Below are positions 25,732 through 38,000 of a stretch of DNA of 64,000 bases, in pieces. Numbering within the stretch: the stretch's first letter is position 1; each line of letters opens with the position of its first letter. This DNA comes from Phoronis australis (Eukaryota; Animalia; Phoronida): contig NMRA01000951.1 of the NCBI GenBank assembly GCA_002633005.1, forward strand, positions 25,947 to 89,946, in the 5' to 3' direction. The notes under the pieces were generated by a model, which was not told the DNA's origin, searched no databases, and saw only the letters and a list, made by a program, of their open reading frames with translations. A program made the translations under genes and the position numbers.

Positions 25732-26748
25732 AATTTCTTGAACTGAACTGTAAATTTAAAAGGAGACGCACAGAGAGACCCGAACAATCTAAATTGGCTG
25801 GCCAGTGCCAGTTCAATGATGCTAGATGTTTACAAGTGAAGGCAAGTGAGGTCACATGCTTATATCGTAATGCGTGGTGATACCATGTCAAGAATTATAT
25901 GACTTTACTAAACCCACCTTATGGAGCACAGTCCTGTTAACTAGACACGGACTTGTGGTGTAAAATTCAACTTCCGAAGTGCAACCCTGTTAAATAGGCA
26001 ATGACTCATTGTGATGTAAAGTTCAACTCAAGAAGTCATTAGATGGGATCGTAGAGTGCTGAAATTTATTTACTGATAGTCATCACACTAGTTACTGAAG
26101 CCATGACAAAATAAACATATTTACTTTATGACCCTTGTCCTCATGGTCTTGGGGGGGTGATCTTCTGGTTTACTGGCCGACCTCATATTGGGCACCTCGT
26201 AGTAAACAAATCAAGCCAGAGATTGTATACAATATAAGGGCACTCATATAACCACTTAAGCTTGTGAAAAACTTGGTGTTCTTGGCTCTAAAAAGTATGA
26301 ATCACTCCATACTCACAATTAAGTTAATGGTCTCCTGCTAACATGTCTGTATTGGAAACTCTGTGATTGCACACGGGGAAGAACACTCAACTTGCAAATC
26401 TCAACTTTTAGACAAACAAGACTAAAATGTTAGTAAAGTTGTTAAGTTCACTTCTGCAACCAAATTCATACATCCCTGGTGAGACAAGTAGTTTTGTCTC
26501 AGCGCTTAAACTTGTCTTCCATCCATGTTCCCAAGGTGCACAAAGAATCACAGACTGTTACATCACTCATTGTCTGTAGTGCAACAAAGAGACTGCACTG
26601 GCAACACCACCTGATCTGACACTGATCAATAACAGATTATCAACTTCTGAACAAGCAGCCATGGAACTCAACACACTCTTGTTCAGTGAAACCCCTCTAG
26701 TACACGAGCACCACAAACAGAAATTATTCTATTCAGATTTTAAATTAA

Positions 26749-28824
26749 TCAGCTCACTTCAGTATTTTTGATGAGTTCAGTTTTAGTCTTACTATCAGTC
26801 CATCTGATATCACATTGAAAGTGTTCAGCGAACGCATCCACAAATGGTTGTATTGCATCCTCAACAGTCACTATGACGCCGGCTTCTTGGCTTAATGATG
26901 TCACACCTTTATCAGGTATACCGCAAGGTGTGATGTGCTGGTACCATGTGAGATCTGTGTTACAGTTGAGGGCTACTCCATGACTTGTGATGAAGCGCCG
27001 GGCGTGCACACCTGTAGTTCAAACAAGATATAAATCCGGTACAGGGACACGCTAGTGTCAGTACGCTAAATATAAAACTGGTACTGGGACAAGCTAGTGT
27101 CAGTAACCTAACTATAAATAAACTGCTACTGGGACAAGCCAGTGCCAGTAATCTAAGTATAAAACTGGTACTGAGACGAGCTAGTGTCAGCAGCCTAAAT
27201 ATAAATAAACTGGCACTGGTAAAAGCTAGTGTCAGTAACCAAAGTATTGCATAAAAAATTCTAAAATGAGTGTTAAGAAATGGACTCACTGCATGCATGT
27301 TGGAGTATGAAACTTTTTCAAATGATCTAGAGTCGGAGGAGTAATCTGAAAAAAATGAATGTACTTCATATTACCTATAGCTGCCAGTTTACGATCGTCG
27401 ACCCAGACTCCTGTGTCTTCCGTGGTCGTAGCCTCAACACCAAAGTGTACACACGCACTGATTAAGGTCTTCTCCAGGCTGGATATATACCATTTCATAC
27501 CTGTATAGACAAGTTATACCTATACAGACAAAGCCAGTTTATTTCTAAATGAATGAGTTTTACACAAAGCTTTAGACTTATTTTGTACTGTCCAAGTTGA
27601 AGATAAACCACTCATTTAAACATCACAATTAAATGCCTTCTAACAGCTGGTTCAGAATGATTTTGCCACAGATAAAGGGACATTTAAACTTTACAAATTT
27701 TGATTAATAAGTTTTTACAAAATTTGCAATTTTTATCAGAAGTTTATAGTATCAAAAATATGTGACCTACAGCAAGTGCGGTTATTTTACTTTATATTAA
27801 GCACTAAGAGAAGTTGCAGTAGTAAAGAAACAGTTTGAAACTACTACTGTGACATGATGCCTAAAACAACAGCTTTTACCAGTATTATTAACTTTCTGCT
27901 ATAACACTGAAGGTAAATCCAATTTTTAAATTTAGCATGAAAACATCCAAACAAAGAGCAACTACAATACTTTTTCTTAACACCAAAATGTGTACGAGTG
28001 CCTACAAGTGTCACTTCACAGTTTCTTGACAACATCCAACTCGGATCAACTCGGCCTATTTTCTTAGGCTTCTCAAATTGTTACTCAGCAGTGTTTCACA
28101 CCTGCGCATGTGCCATCTTCAATCCTTACAGCAAGTCATGTGACTTTCAAAATGGAGAATGCTGTTGAATGTGCCAGGATATCCCCATGAGAACAAGCTT
28201 AAAGAAGAATTAACAGAACATCCAAAGGTAGAATTGAGAATGACCGCCGCGAATGACTTTTACGATCTGCTGGGTTAAAGCAATGATTTCAGAGGTATCT
28301 TGACCACATTACGTAATGATTGAACTTACATGTGTGCAGATGTGAAACACAGCATTATGAGGTGTTCCAGATGTGACAAAGCAGTCCATTATCTCTAAGG
28401 TCTACCCAGGACAATGTTTCTACTTTTCAACGACTTCAGTGTTAGGAGTTTTATTTGGCCACAAACGATATATTATCTCTAATAAGCAACCTTTGACAAA
28501 GTGCGCCAGGTTAAGTACAGGATATGCCACCAGCTGGCCGGGTCCATGAAACGTGATCAAGCCCCCTCTTTGGGTGCTGTAGAACTCTGCCCCTAGTCCC
28601 TTCAGTCTCCTCTCCTCCTCGCCACTGTACTGCCCCCGTCTCTTCCCCACTGTGTACACAGCAGGGTGCTCCACCAACACCAGTATGTTGCCAGGGCGAT
28701 GAGTGACATGATCAGACAGCCAGTCCAAGTGCTGGCGTGCTAACCTCTCTTGGATGTGCAGTGATGGTAGATATCCCAGTCGGCCAAGGTGTACAACCGA
28801 CACCAAAGGTTTGGTCGAGACCAT
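26749..28824 (-). CDS. LIPT2: Octanoyltransferase / lipoyltransferase 2, mitochondrial (LipB family), 3 coding exons, ~240 aa
   Basis: Exons 28824-28491, 27500-27375, 27011-26749. Motifs EHPAVYTVG, RGGLITFHGPGQLVAYP, GVWV..RKLAAIGV, TSHGVALN, ITPCGIPDKGVTSL. An acceptor just upstream (exon starts 28832) implies a 5' UTR exon further upstream. Confidence 0.96.
27025..27245. repeat. ~45-bp minisatellite next to the LIPT2 last-exon acceptor
   Basis: About 5 copies of ataaactggtactgggacaagctagtgtcagta. Confidence 0.8.
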
Positions 28825-30739
28825 TGGTAAATCTGAAATAATGAGCAAAACACTGATACAATTTTTGACTACTTCAAACATTCTTTCCTATACCTAACAC
28901 AATCATAAGTATACAGTGTAACACTCGATCCTACACTTGAAAATGAATTCATAACTGTGCCTTTTCATCTCAAGCCACAGCAACAAATTCTTCAGCCAGT
29001 GGAGGTTTAGAGTAAAACCTGTGTGAAAATTAAAGACTTCACCAGTGACCTGTACATGAAGCTTATTTGTATACAAGCTGTTTTGGGGTTAAGATTTCTT
29101 GAGCAGTTTATATGACAAAACTCATTAAACCTTTCTAGATGAAATCAAAAGACTCGCACCATTCAACCAAAGACAGATGATAAAATATCATTCTTGATAG
29201 CTTCAATTTAGTCAGAAAATTTGCTATTCGACTGAAAAGTTCAGCTTGATCATCTGAGCTACAAGTACATGTAGTGCATCACAGCATATCAGAAAGTTGC
29301 CGGTTTGTCGCGTAAAATCACGACGTCGATAACGCCGTCCATCCGTAATTCATCGGTAATTTCCTTACCGTCCTTGACCTCTAACCAACACAGTTAGAAG
29401 TGTGTTTGGGCTTTTTGGGAACATTTTTGTGCTTTGACAGCGAATTTCTTGCGAACTCGCTGGAGCAGACACCGTGAATGGTATTATAAGAAAGAACAAT
29501 TTCTCATGGCTTGTTGAACCCCTGTTTTGTGTAAATTTATTTAGTTATGTGTTTGCTATGGACGGCTGAAGTGAAGCACCCGTGGAATTTCTAGTCCCGA
29601 GTGTCATACCTTGTAGTATTATATGTAGTGTATTGGGGACGATCAGCTGAGGGCGTCTGTGGCTGGCACAGGCTACCGGAGTACTGCTGTATTGGGCAAG
29701 TGCAGAAAAACGATCTGATTATACGAATAATGCAAAACATGTACATATATTAAACCTAAGCATAATGTGGCAAAAATTCAGTGAGCACCTCACTGTCTAA
29801 TACTACAGGATGAAAAAAAACAGCACAGAAGCCAGACAAAACTCGTACCCTGCAGCTCACATCTCCATATTGAAATTTTAGCATAGCGCCATCTGGAGAT
29901 CCACTGCTTCACAGCACGCGGGATAAGCAGAGCGGTATGCTCGTAGGCTACCGCAAAACTACTAGAATACAACATTCGTACGTAGGTTTACGTCACAGCT
30001 AGACTATACGGCGTTCAGTTTGACGGTCCCGTTTCAGCTGCGCCAGGTGCAACCAAAGAAACCTAGTGATGGACGAAAACTAGCCAGTTCACCTCAAGCT
30101 CAGATCAGCTCTAGGCCCACTACCCGTGAGAGCGCGGAACATTTCGGAGATCAGTAGCCAATATAACCATGACCACACCAGTGTCTACATCAACACACAT
30201 GCACTGCTCAGTGTGTGTGAACTTGGAATCTTGCTAAATCTCAAGATCGCGACTGCGTGCACTGAATTGTTCCCGTGCACCCAAATACGTCATTCGCTTA
30301 GGGCAACGTTTCACTTTTTTTTTGTCAGATGTTTTTCAAACGTCGAGTTAAGTTGCAAAATTTGGGTTGCAAACAAAAAGTGGAGAGAATTTGCACTCCG
30401 AGTTAGTTTGGATCTTTAACGACTTTGATGACAGCCAGTAGCAGGTCAGACCTAGGAAAATCATGAATACTTTTTCAACGGGCATTTTCTCAATTTTCAC
30501 ATCACAAACGTAGCTACTCGAATGCACGTGTCAGTTAGGGAGCACTGATTCAACTTTCACGTCGGCAACTTGCCTTGCGCTTTAGGGCCTTTCAAAGGCG
30601 GTCCTGAAGAATAGTAATATCGGACCTGCATGAACGAACTCACTTTTGCGATCTGAAATTTGTCAGTATTTAACACTGCAGGTAAGAGCATAATCTAAAC
30701 ATTTTCTCGGTGATCTCAAAAATCAATTTTGGAGCGTAG

Positions 30740-30824
30740 AAATGGCTGGATTTTGAAAATGCGACCTGGGATTTTGGCTAGGTCGCAAAATGCGACCTGG
30801 CGATTTGAATAGCGTCGAGCCCTG
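30740..30824. mobile_element. One end of a hAT-like element with GCGACCTGG subterminal repeats
   Basis: Repeated gcgacctgg ending in gtcgagccctg. Related aaatcccaggtcgc repeats occur at 58997-59078. The other end was not found. Confidence 0.4.
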
Positions 30825-31097
30825 AATATGACAAAGAATGATGGCGATCTACAAAACAAATAAAACATCTGTGACTTATGAGTAGATCTACGCTAGCTAA
30901 AGACTGTAATAAACTAATGACAAACTGAACTGTGTGCTTAAACTAACAGCATACATGAATCTAATGTACCTATATAGAACTAGAAGTGTTCACAGGCACT
31001 GTGGGCTGGAGGCTGCCATATTGAGAGCAGCCAGCGCCATCTATAGGGGAACATAGTGAGCCCTCTAGTGGCAGTACCAATATTGTCTACACGTCAG

Positions 31098-31495
31098 GGC
31101 CCGGTCGCTAATCTTTGTACTCGAAACGAACTCGAAACTATTTTTGGCAATGTCTCTGCTCCTTTTGTGCGAACTTAAGATAATTGGTTATCAGACTGTG
31201 CTCGAATACATTATAGTTTATGTTTAGGAGTTTCTAGTTCAAGATTGCCCTTGAAGACCCTTATATCATTCGTGCTACAAACTCGAGTAAAAACTCGAAA
31301 TTTCGAGTTCAAACTCGAACTTATTGCTTTAATATTGGGTTTACAAACTGTGAACTAAGAGCAATAAATTATCTACGTAAGTTATTGTGTACTCGAGCAT
31401 AGAATAATAGACACTTATCTTGAGTTCGCCCAAAAGTAGAGTAGAAAATGCCAAACCTAATTTCGAGTTCCATTTCGAGTATTGGAGATCGGCCC
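31098..31495. mobile_element. PIF/Harbinger-like MITE
   Basis: CAG TSD on both sides; imperfect TIRs ggcccggtc..tactcgaaa / tttcgagta..gatcggccc; internal ctcga repeats. Confidence 0.65.
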
Positions 31496-33570
31496 CAGGT
31501 TTACGTTGATAAAAATTTGCTCTAACTTGATCAAATTACATGTACCAATCCTTTTTAGAGTGGGTATCTTGTTCACCAAACAATAATTGATTAAACGGCA
31601 CATAGGCCTATTACTCCGATTCTTTGACACAATTTAATCTAAACCGGGAGAAGGTGATCATCTGAGGCTAATAATTATAAAAATTCTTTACACTGAATAA
31701 AAAAATTCACCTCAGTAATTGTTGGAATATTCAGTTTCAAGTTCACACATACGCGATCTTGAGCTTAAGCAGGATTCCACGTACGTTCACGCATAGCAGC
31801 ACCGGCCTCTGCCGGCCGGTCCCGGCGATCCAAATGACAGTCGAGAAAGCCGGACACGGACTGAACGGGTAAAACAAAACTTTATTTGAAATCGGTATGG
31901 TGAAACATTAGAATAAGCTAATGAACTATAAACGGCAAATTAGACTGAAAAACTACAAAGTTAGACCACTCAGGTTTGTGAATTATACGAAAGCAATAGT
32001 CTTCAGTTGATCTGTGTAAAATATTGGTACCCTATGCATACTTTTTCCAAATAATTAATTCCAAGAACAGCATTTCTTTTAATTCAGTTATTAGGAAAGC
32101 ATTATTGATGAAAAGAGAACCTCCGTGTGTCGGGCTACCAGGAGCATGATTTTGGTGACTATGTTACACCATAGCTGATACTATAGTCTATGGTTTCACA
32201 TTTCTAACAGATTAAGATGCTCAAGCACTGGCACTCAAACACAAAAATTTTCACCGCATTTATGCACGCCCTTAAAATAACTGTGATTTGAGGTGATCTG
32301 GAACTATTTTTTTAATGTTTTTTCATGGGAGTCGGACGAGGGATGTGCAGACCCACATTTTCCAAAAAGGTTCGTAACTTTCCCTAGAATTCATAAACAA
32401 TCGTTGATACGGAATGCTGTTACAAAGTACTCTAAGGATATTAATTTAACATCTTGACACCCAGTTTAATGAAGTAAAGAGTGAGGGCTTTCTCTTCATC
32501 AAGTCGTGGAAACAGTCCATCGTCAGACGCGCCTCTAAATTCCAGCTTCGATCACCTAAACTGCTGTCTTGGACTAACAAACACCAAACTCTCGGAGCAA
32601 ATTCAACGCACATGCACCGAAACTACTCGATCTGTGCCCGTCACGGTGATTAAACTCCATATACTCATGTCCTCAAGCGTAGGTGCGCCTGTTGTCTGTA
32701 GTGGCGTAGATATGGAATTTGAACCTACGTAGATATATTGTTTGCTGGTCCGGAACCGGGGTTTAGGGAATCGTAGCTGGAATTTAGGGGCGGTCCATGG
32801 AATCATTTGCACCTCCAGAATAATAGAAAACAAGACATAGATATACTTTGCGACAGACTGAACATAACAGAAAACAAAATAAACTTATGCACGATATTAT
32901 TAATATTAAAATTACAAACTACCTCATCAACAAAGGTGAAATAATTTCTTCCGACCAGAACAAGTTGGGACAGTGCCAAGGAAGTTGGATTATTTTGGAC
33001 CGTCTCGCAACCTGCCTCCATCACAATCTGGTGAACTATTCGAAAACAAGCCAATTTGGTAAAACATTCTCCCCGTACGATTTGATGCTTATTTCAACTA
33101 TTCAAAGTGTAATTTTTGAGACAGACAGTGCTGTTACTGCCGCAACCGTGACACTCGCACCACTGAGTGTTGGCCTGGACACCGCGCCTCCACCTGGACA
33201 TATCGGGTGGCTGGTATTTCATTAATTGTAAACACTCTCTCGCCACTTATGAGAGGGATTGAACTGATGCTTCTGGGCCATTGTTTCCCCATTGTGCTTG
33301 GCTTTTCCTTTTCGGGTAAGTGTATCCGCCAACTATGCAAGACATCGGGTGCAGGCATTGGAACAGGCCAGCCACTGAGGTGCATGGGCGGCACGTACAG
33401 TACTGAAAAAGTNCGCCTATATACCATGTGCGAGGTAGCATTGAAAAAAGTGGGAGGCTGTAGGCCCCCCCAGCCCCCTATGGTCGGCGTCGCCGGCTTG
33501 AGGTGTCCATGCAGTTCCTCCTCGATTACTTGTGGACGGTTTAGTACTCACCAGGTTACTCCACACCAAA

Positions 33571-33972
33571 GGCCAGTTATTTAATCTTTGTACTAGGCGA
33601 AATAGTACTCAAAAATATTTGCGGCATTTTCTGTTCTACTGCAACACGACTCTGGATAACATCCGAGTCTAATAATGTGTGTTCGAGTAAATTAAGGTTT
33701 ACGCAGATGGGTGTCCACTCCAAGTTTTCACTTGATGACGCCCCCTCCCCCTTTTTAGCTACAAAATCGAGTAAAGTCTCGAGATTTCGGGCAAGTTAGA
33801 CATCCAGTCCAAACTCGAACTTATATGTTTAGTGCTAGGGTCAGAGCAAGCTAGAATTAGGCAGTTATCCAAGTAAACAATAATGCGCCCGAGCACATTG
33901 TCGATATCTTGAGTTTCCAAGCAGTGCCTACAAAAGCAGTAAAGTTAGATTATGGAGATTACATAGCGAGCC
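33571..33972. mobile_element. Diverged copy of the 31098-31495 MITE family
   Basis: Colinear similarity (taatctttgtact, ctcgagatttcg, caaactcgaacttat, tatcttgagtt) and an end cgagcc-caggtt. Confidence 0.55.
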
Positions 33973-34836
33973 CAGGTTAGAAAAGTCAGAGGTACACACA
34001 TGTAAGGAACACCGCAGACGGTGAGTAATTACGAGCTCACTTGACTTGTGCCTCAAATGAAATAAAACTTAGCTGAGCTCGACACAGGCGTAAAGACCTA
34101 AAAACTGCAGGCTAGTTCATTTGATTGTTCTTAAACCTTTTCGTAATTTGTCGAAACGTCGTTACTATAATTGTTAATCACTTGACCTAGAATCAGTCGA
34201 GATGTGTCGCATGTGACCATCTAAATCAACACGGTCAAAAATGCTCCTCTTAAGATTTAACAGAATACGCAATACGTTGAATGATTAAATAACACCAGAA
34301 AAAGATTTGAATTGTCACTATTTTCTGTTTTCACTGTCTAAACATTTCCGCCAACGAGTAAATATGTTAGGGTCCCTTTGACGCCGCGGGTCCCTACTGG
34401 GCCTCAGAAATGGTAAATCCAAGCACATACAACTTTTCATAAGTCCATTTTGGCTAGAGTAAAAAAATACTTACGTCTATAATAATTAATTATAAAATAT
34501 CCGTGCCACAAATTATGATCCACGACAACCTTATCAACCTGACAGTTGTTTTTTCAACACCCTCATCTCGCCAGTGATCATGCAGTGATAGATTAAGTAA
34601 GAGGTAGACAGTTTTATCCAAAAGCTTGTTTTCGTGCTTACTAATAACCTTGCCTTCATACTTTGAGACGCTTAAATTATAGCGAGTGTTAATTTTGTTC
34701 TTATTGAGAATATTTCGATACATTATATTGTAATGTAACAGCTGCTTCGGGAACACCGGCTTTATTTCTTGGTCATTCGATACAAAATATCAACTAGTAC
34801 GTTATTGCTGCTTGCAGATATTAGATGGACGCTGAT

Positions 34837-34890
34837 TAGATGAACGTTCATTAGATGAACGTTCATTAGATGAACGTTCATTAGATTAAC
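34837..34890. repeat. 15-bp tandem repeat, ~3.5 copies
   Basis: (ttagatgaacgttca)n. Confidence 0.85.
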
Positions 34891-35064
34891 GCCATGATCT
34901 TAATTCATCAGAATTGTTTCAAAACACTGTACAACTTGTACGTTTTTCATCTGCCAAGTCACTGTCGTTGTACAACAAACAGCTTCTCATACTACTGATA
35001 TTAAATGTTGACGACATCCTATTGATAAAAGCACTTTTCTTACTATATGCACAATTACCCTTTT

Positions 35065-38000
35065 TTAGTTTCTGTGAAATGTCTGCATCGATAACCTTCC
35101 TAACATTTTCTGCCAATCTAGTTTGTATTTTTCACTCAGTACAGTATCCCCTTTTTGTTTGTATGCGTCGCTTAATTGAAGTAGCATCGTCGCATTTTCA
35201 TCGTTGTCAGTGATGCAACCCATTCTTGTTTTCATTTCGAAAGCTTCTGTGTAATGCCGAAGCGCCACATCTAAGTTATTTTCATTGAGGTAAAGTGCAC
35301 CAATTGTCCTTAAGGTGTCAGCAGTGTACGGATGATCACGTCCTTTGTCTAATCTTCTCCGCATGCTCAACGCTTCCTCACAGTGGGTGAGTGCCATGTT
35401 GCCATTACCTTTCTCTTGGTAACACAAACCCAGGTTGGTCAAAGATAGTGCAGTACACTCGTGGACACCAGAATTTAATCTCTTATTCATTTCAAGTGAA
35501 TCCTCAGCCATGTGTAACCCCAGATCAAAATCCTTCCCACGTTTACAATGTAAAAGTCCAAGATTTCCCAACGTTTCTGCTTTACTTGGATGGTCCTTCT
35601 CACCAACTATCCTCTCGATCATGCTCAAAGACTTGGAGCAGTAACTAAACGCCTCATCTATTTCTCCGATCTTGAGATAAACTTCTCCAATGTTGTTCAT
35701 TGCGTTCGCAACACCTAGATCGTCTTTGTCGCGAAAGAACACTTTCATCAATTTCAGGTATTCAGAATTGTGCATCAAAGCCTTTTGATACAACCCCATG
35801 TTTTTACACAACCAACCCAGATCACAGTAAGCACTGGCAACAAAAGGATGAGAACTGTAAACGTCTTTTATGATTTTCAAGGAATCTGTCTTAAATTGTA
35901 GTGCCAAATCTAGCTTACCCATTTCGTTATAAACATCTCCAATGTCACTCATGATTGTTCCCAGGGCAGGGTGGTCAGCATCTCCACAGACCTTTTTCCA
36001 CACACTCAAGGAATCCTGATAGTACCGTAGTGCTAACTCAGTCTTTCCCAATTTACTGTACACCTTACCTATATCGTGCAACGTGGATGCTATCTGTGGA
36101 TGCTTTCTATTCTCGTAGAAACGCTCCCATGTGCTTAGCGCCTCTTGGTGGTGTAGCAACGCTACCTCGTACTTACCGAGTTTACTGTATAAAATTGCAA
36201 TGTTATTCAAACTTGCAGCTATATCAGGGTGACTTCTGTGACCATGAATCTTCTTCTTCATAGAGACGGATTCTTGATAGTATTCTAGCGCAAGCTCGTG
36301 CCTAGTCATGTTGTCATATACATTCCCAATGTTATTCAAGCACGATGCAATGTCAGGATGGTTGATATTTCGATGGATTTTCTTCATCATATTCAGCGAT
36401 TCTTGATAGTATTGCAAAGCTAACTCATTTTCTTTCAAATCATCATAGACACTTCCTATGTTACTCAGACACAATGCAATGTCATGGTGGTCTTGATAAC
36501 CATGTATTTTCCTCCACAATCCTAGCGCGTCCTGAAAATATCGTAGCGCCTTTCCTGGCCTTTCAGCTTGGACGTACAAGCTACCAATATTATGCAAACC
36601 CGACGCAACATCTTGGTGATCTACATTTCCGTAAATTGCTTTAGTCATAGAAAGCGAACCTTCAAGATGTTTCAAAGCCAAGTCGTACTCTTCCATATCA
36701 CCATAAACATTTCCAATATTATTCAAGCTTGACGAAATATCAAGATGATTTGCATCACCATACAGTCTTTTCTGCATAGCCAAAGAGGTTTGATAATACT
36801 GTAAGGCGGACTTCAGCTCTCCCATTTCATAATAAACATTCCCGATATTCGTCATACAAGACGCAATTTCATAATGATCCACGTCTCCATGAATTCTTTT
36901 TCTCATACCCAATAACCTCAGATGGTATTTTAAGGCTACGTCAATCTTGCCCACTTTGTTGCACAAAAAGCCAATATTGTTCAAGCTTGAAGCCATCTTT
37001 GGATGATCTTTATCAAAATAGATTCGCTCTCTCATACAGAAGGCCTGTTCATAGAATTCAAATGCCAGCTGGTATTTACATGTAACATTGTACACACTTC
37101 CGAGATTGTTCAGGCACGAGGCTATTTCAGGATGATCTTCTTTACCATGAACTCTTTGCCTTAGTTCCAACGCCTCTCGGTAGTATCGCAATGCTTCGAC
37201 ATAGTTACCCATATTGTGACAAGCAACCCCCTTACTGTTCAAGCATGTGGCGATGCCAGGATGATCCTCGTCACCAAAGATCCTCTTGTGCATGTCCAAA
37301 GATGACTGATAGTAACTCAGAGCTATCTTTTGTTGGGTCAAACTATCGTACACATTTCCGACATTAATAAGGCACAGCACAATATCGGGATGATCACTGT
37401 TACAATAGATTCTCTTCCTCATATTCAAACAGTCAAGATAGTACTGCAGTGCTAATTGGTGTTTACTCATTCCAAGATAAGCACTTCCGCAATAATTCAA
37501 GCATGCTGCGATGTCCCGATGGTCCTTGTCTCCATGTAATTTCTTCACCATACGCAATGAGTCTTCATGGTACTTTAGGGCGGAGACGTAATTACCCAAC
37601 TCCTGATATGCCGAGCCGATCAGATTAAGGATATAAGCTACATCACTATGCTCGTCACCACGCTCATTTTTCACCACATCAAGTGATTCTTTAAAGTAAA
37701 TAAGCCCGAGCTTGGGTTTTCCTAAACGTGTGTTTGCTTTTCCAATATCTGCTTTACGTTTCGCGACAGACATTAGATTTTCAGATTCAAACTCCGCCTT
37801 CGTTACGTCAGCGACATCTGCAATTCCAATGGAGAGCGACTTGCTAATCTGTTCACTAATCAAACTATCGATGATTTCAGAAGACACGTCATCACCAGTG
37901 TTGCATCGCCATTTTCCTATACTTAAGGAGTGTGTGAAGTACTTCAGCGCCTCCGTGTATTGCTCCTCCAACATATATGTCTTCCCTATCAAAGTCAAGC

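Noticed and set aside
29360-31790. LIPT2 5' UTR exon candidates (minus-strand donors near 29368, 29609, 31710)
   Set aside because: Several similar candidates; cannot choose without transcript data.
32480-33350. Cluster of short overlapping ORFs
   Set aside because: No recognisable domain and stops in all frames. Could be a decayed gene or TE, but this cannot be supported.
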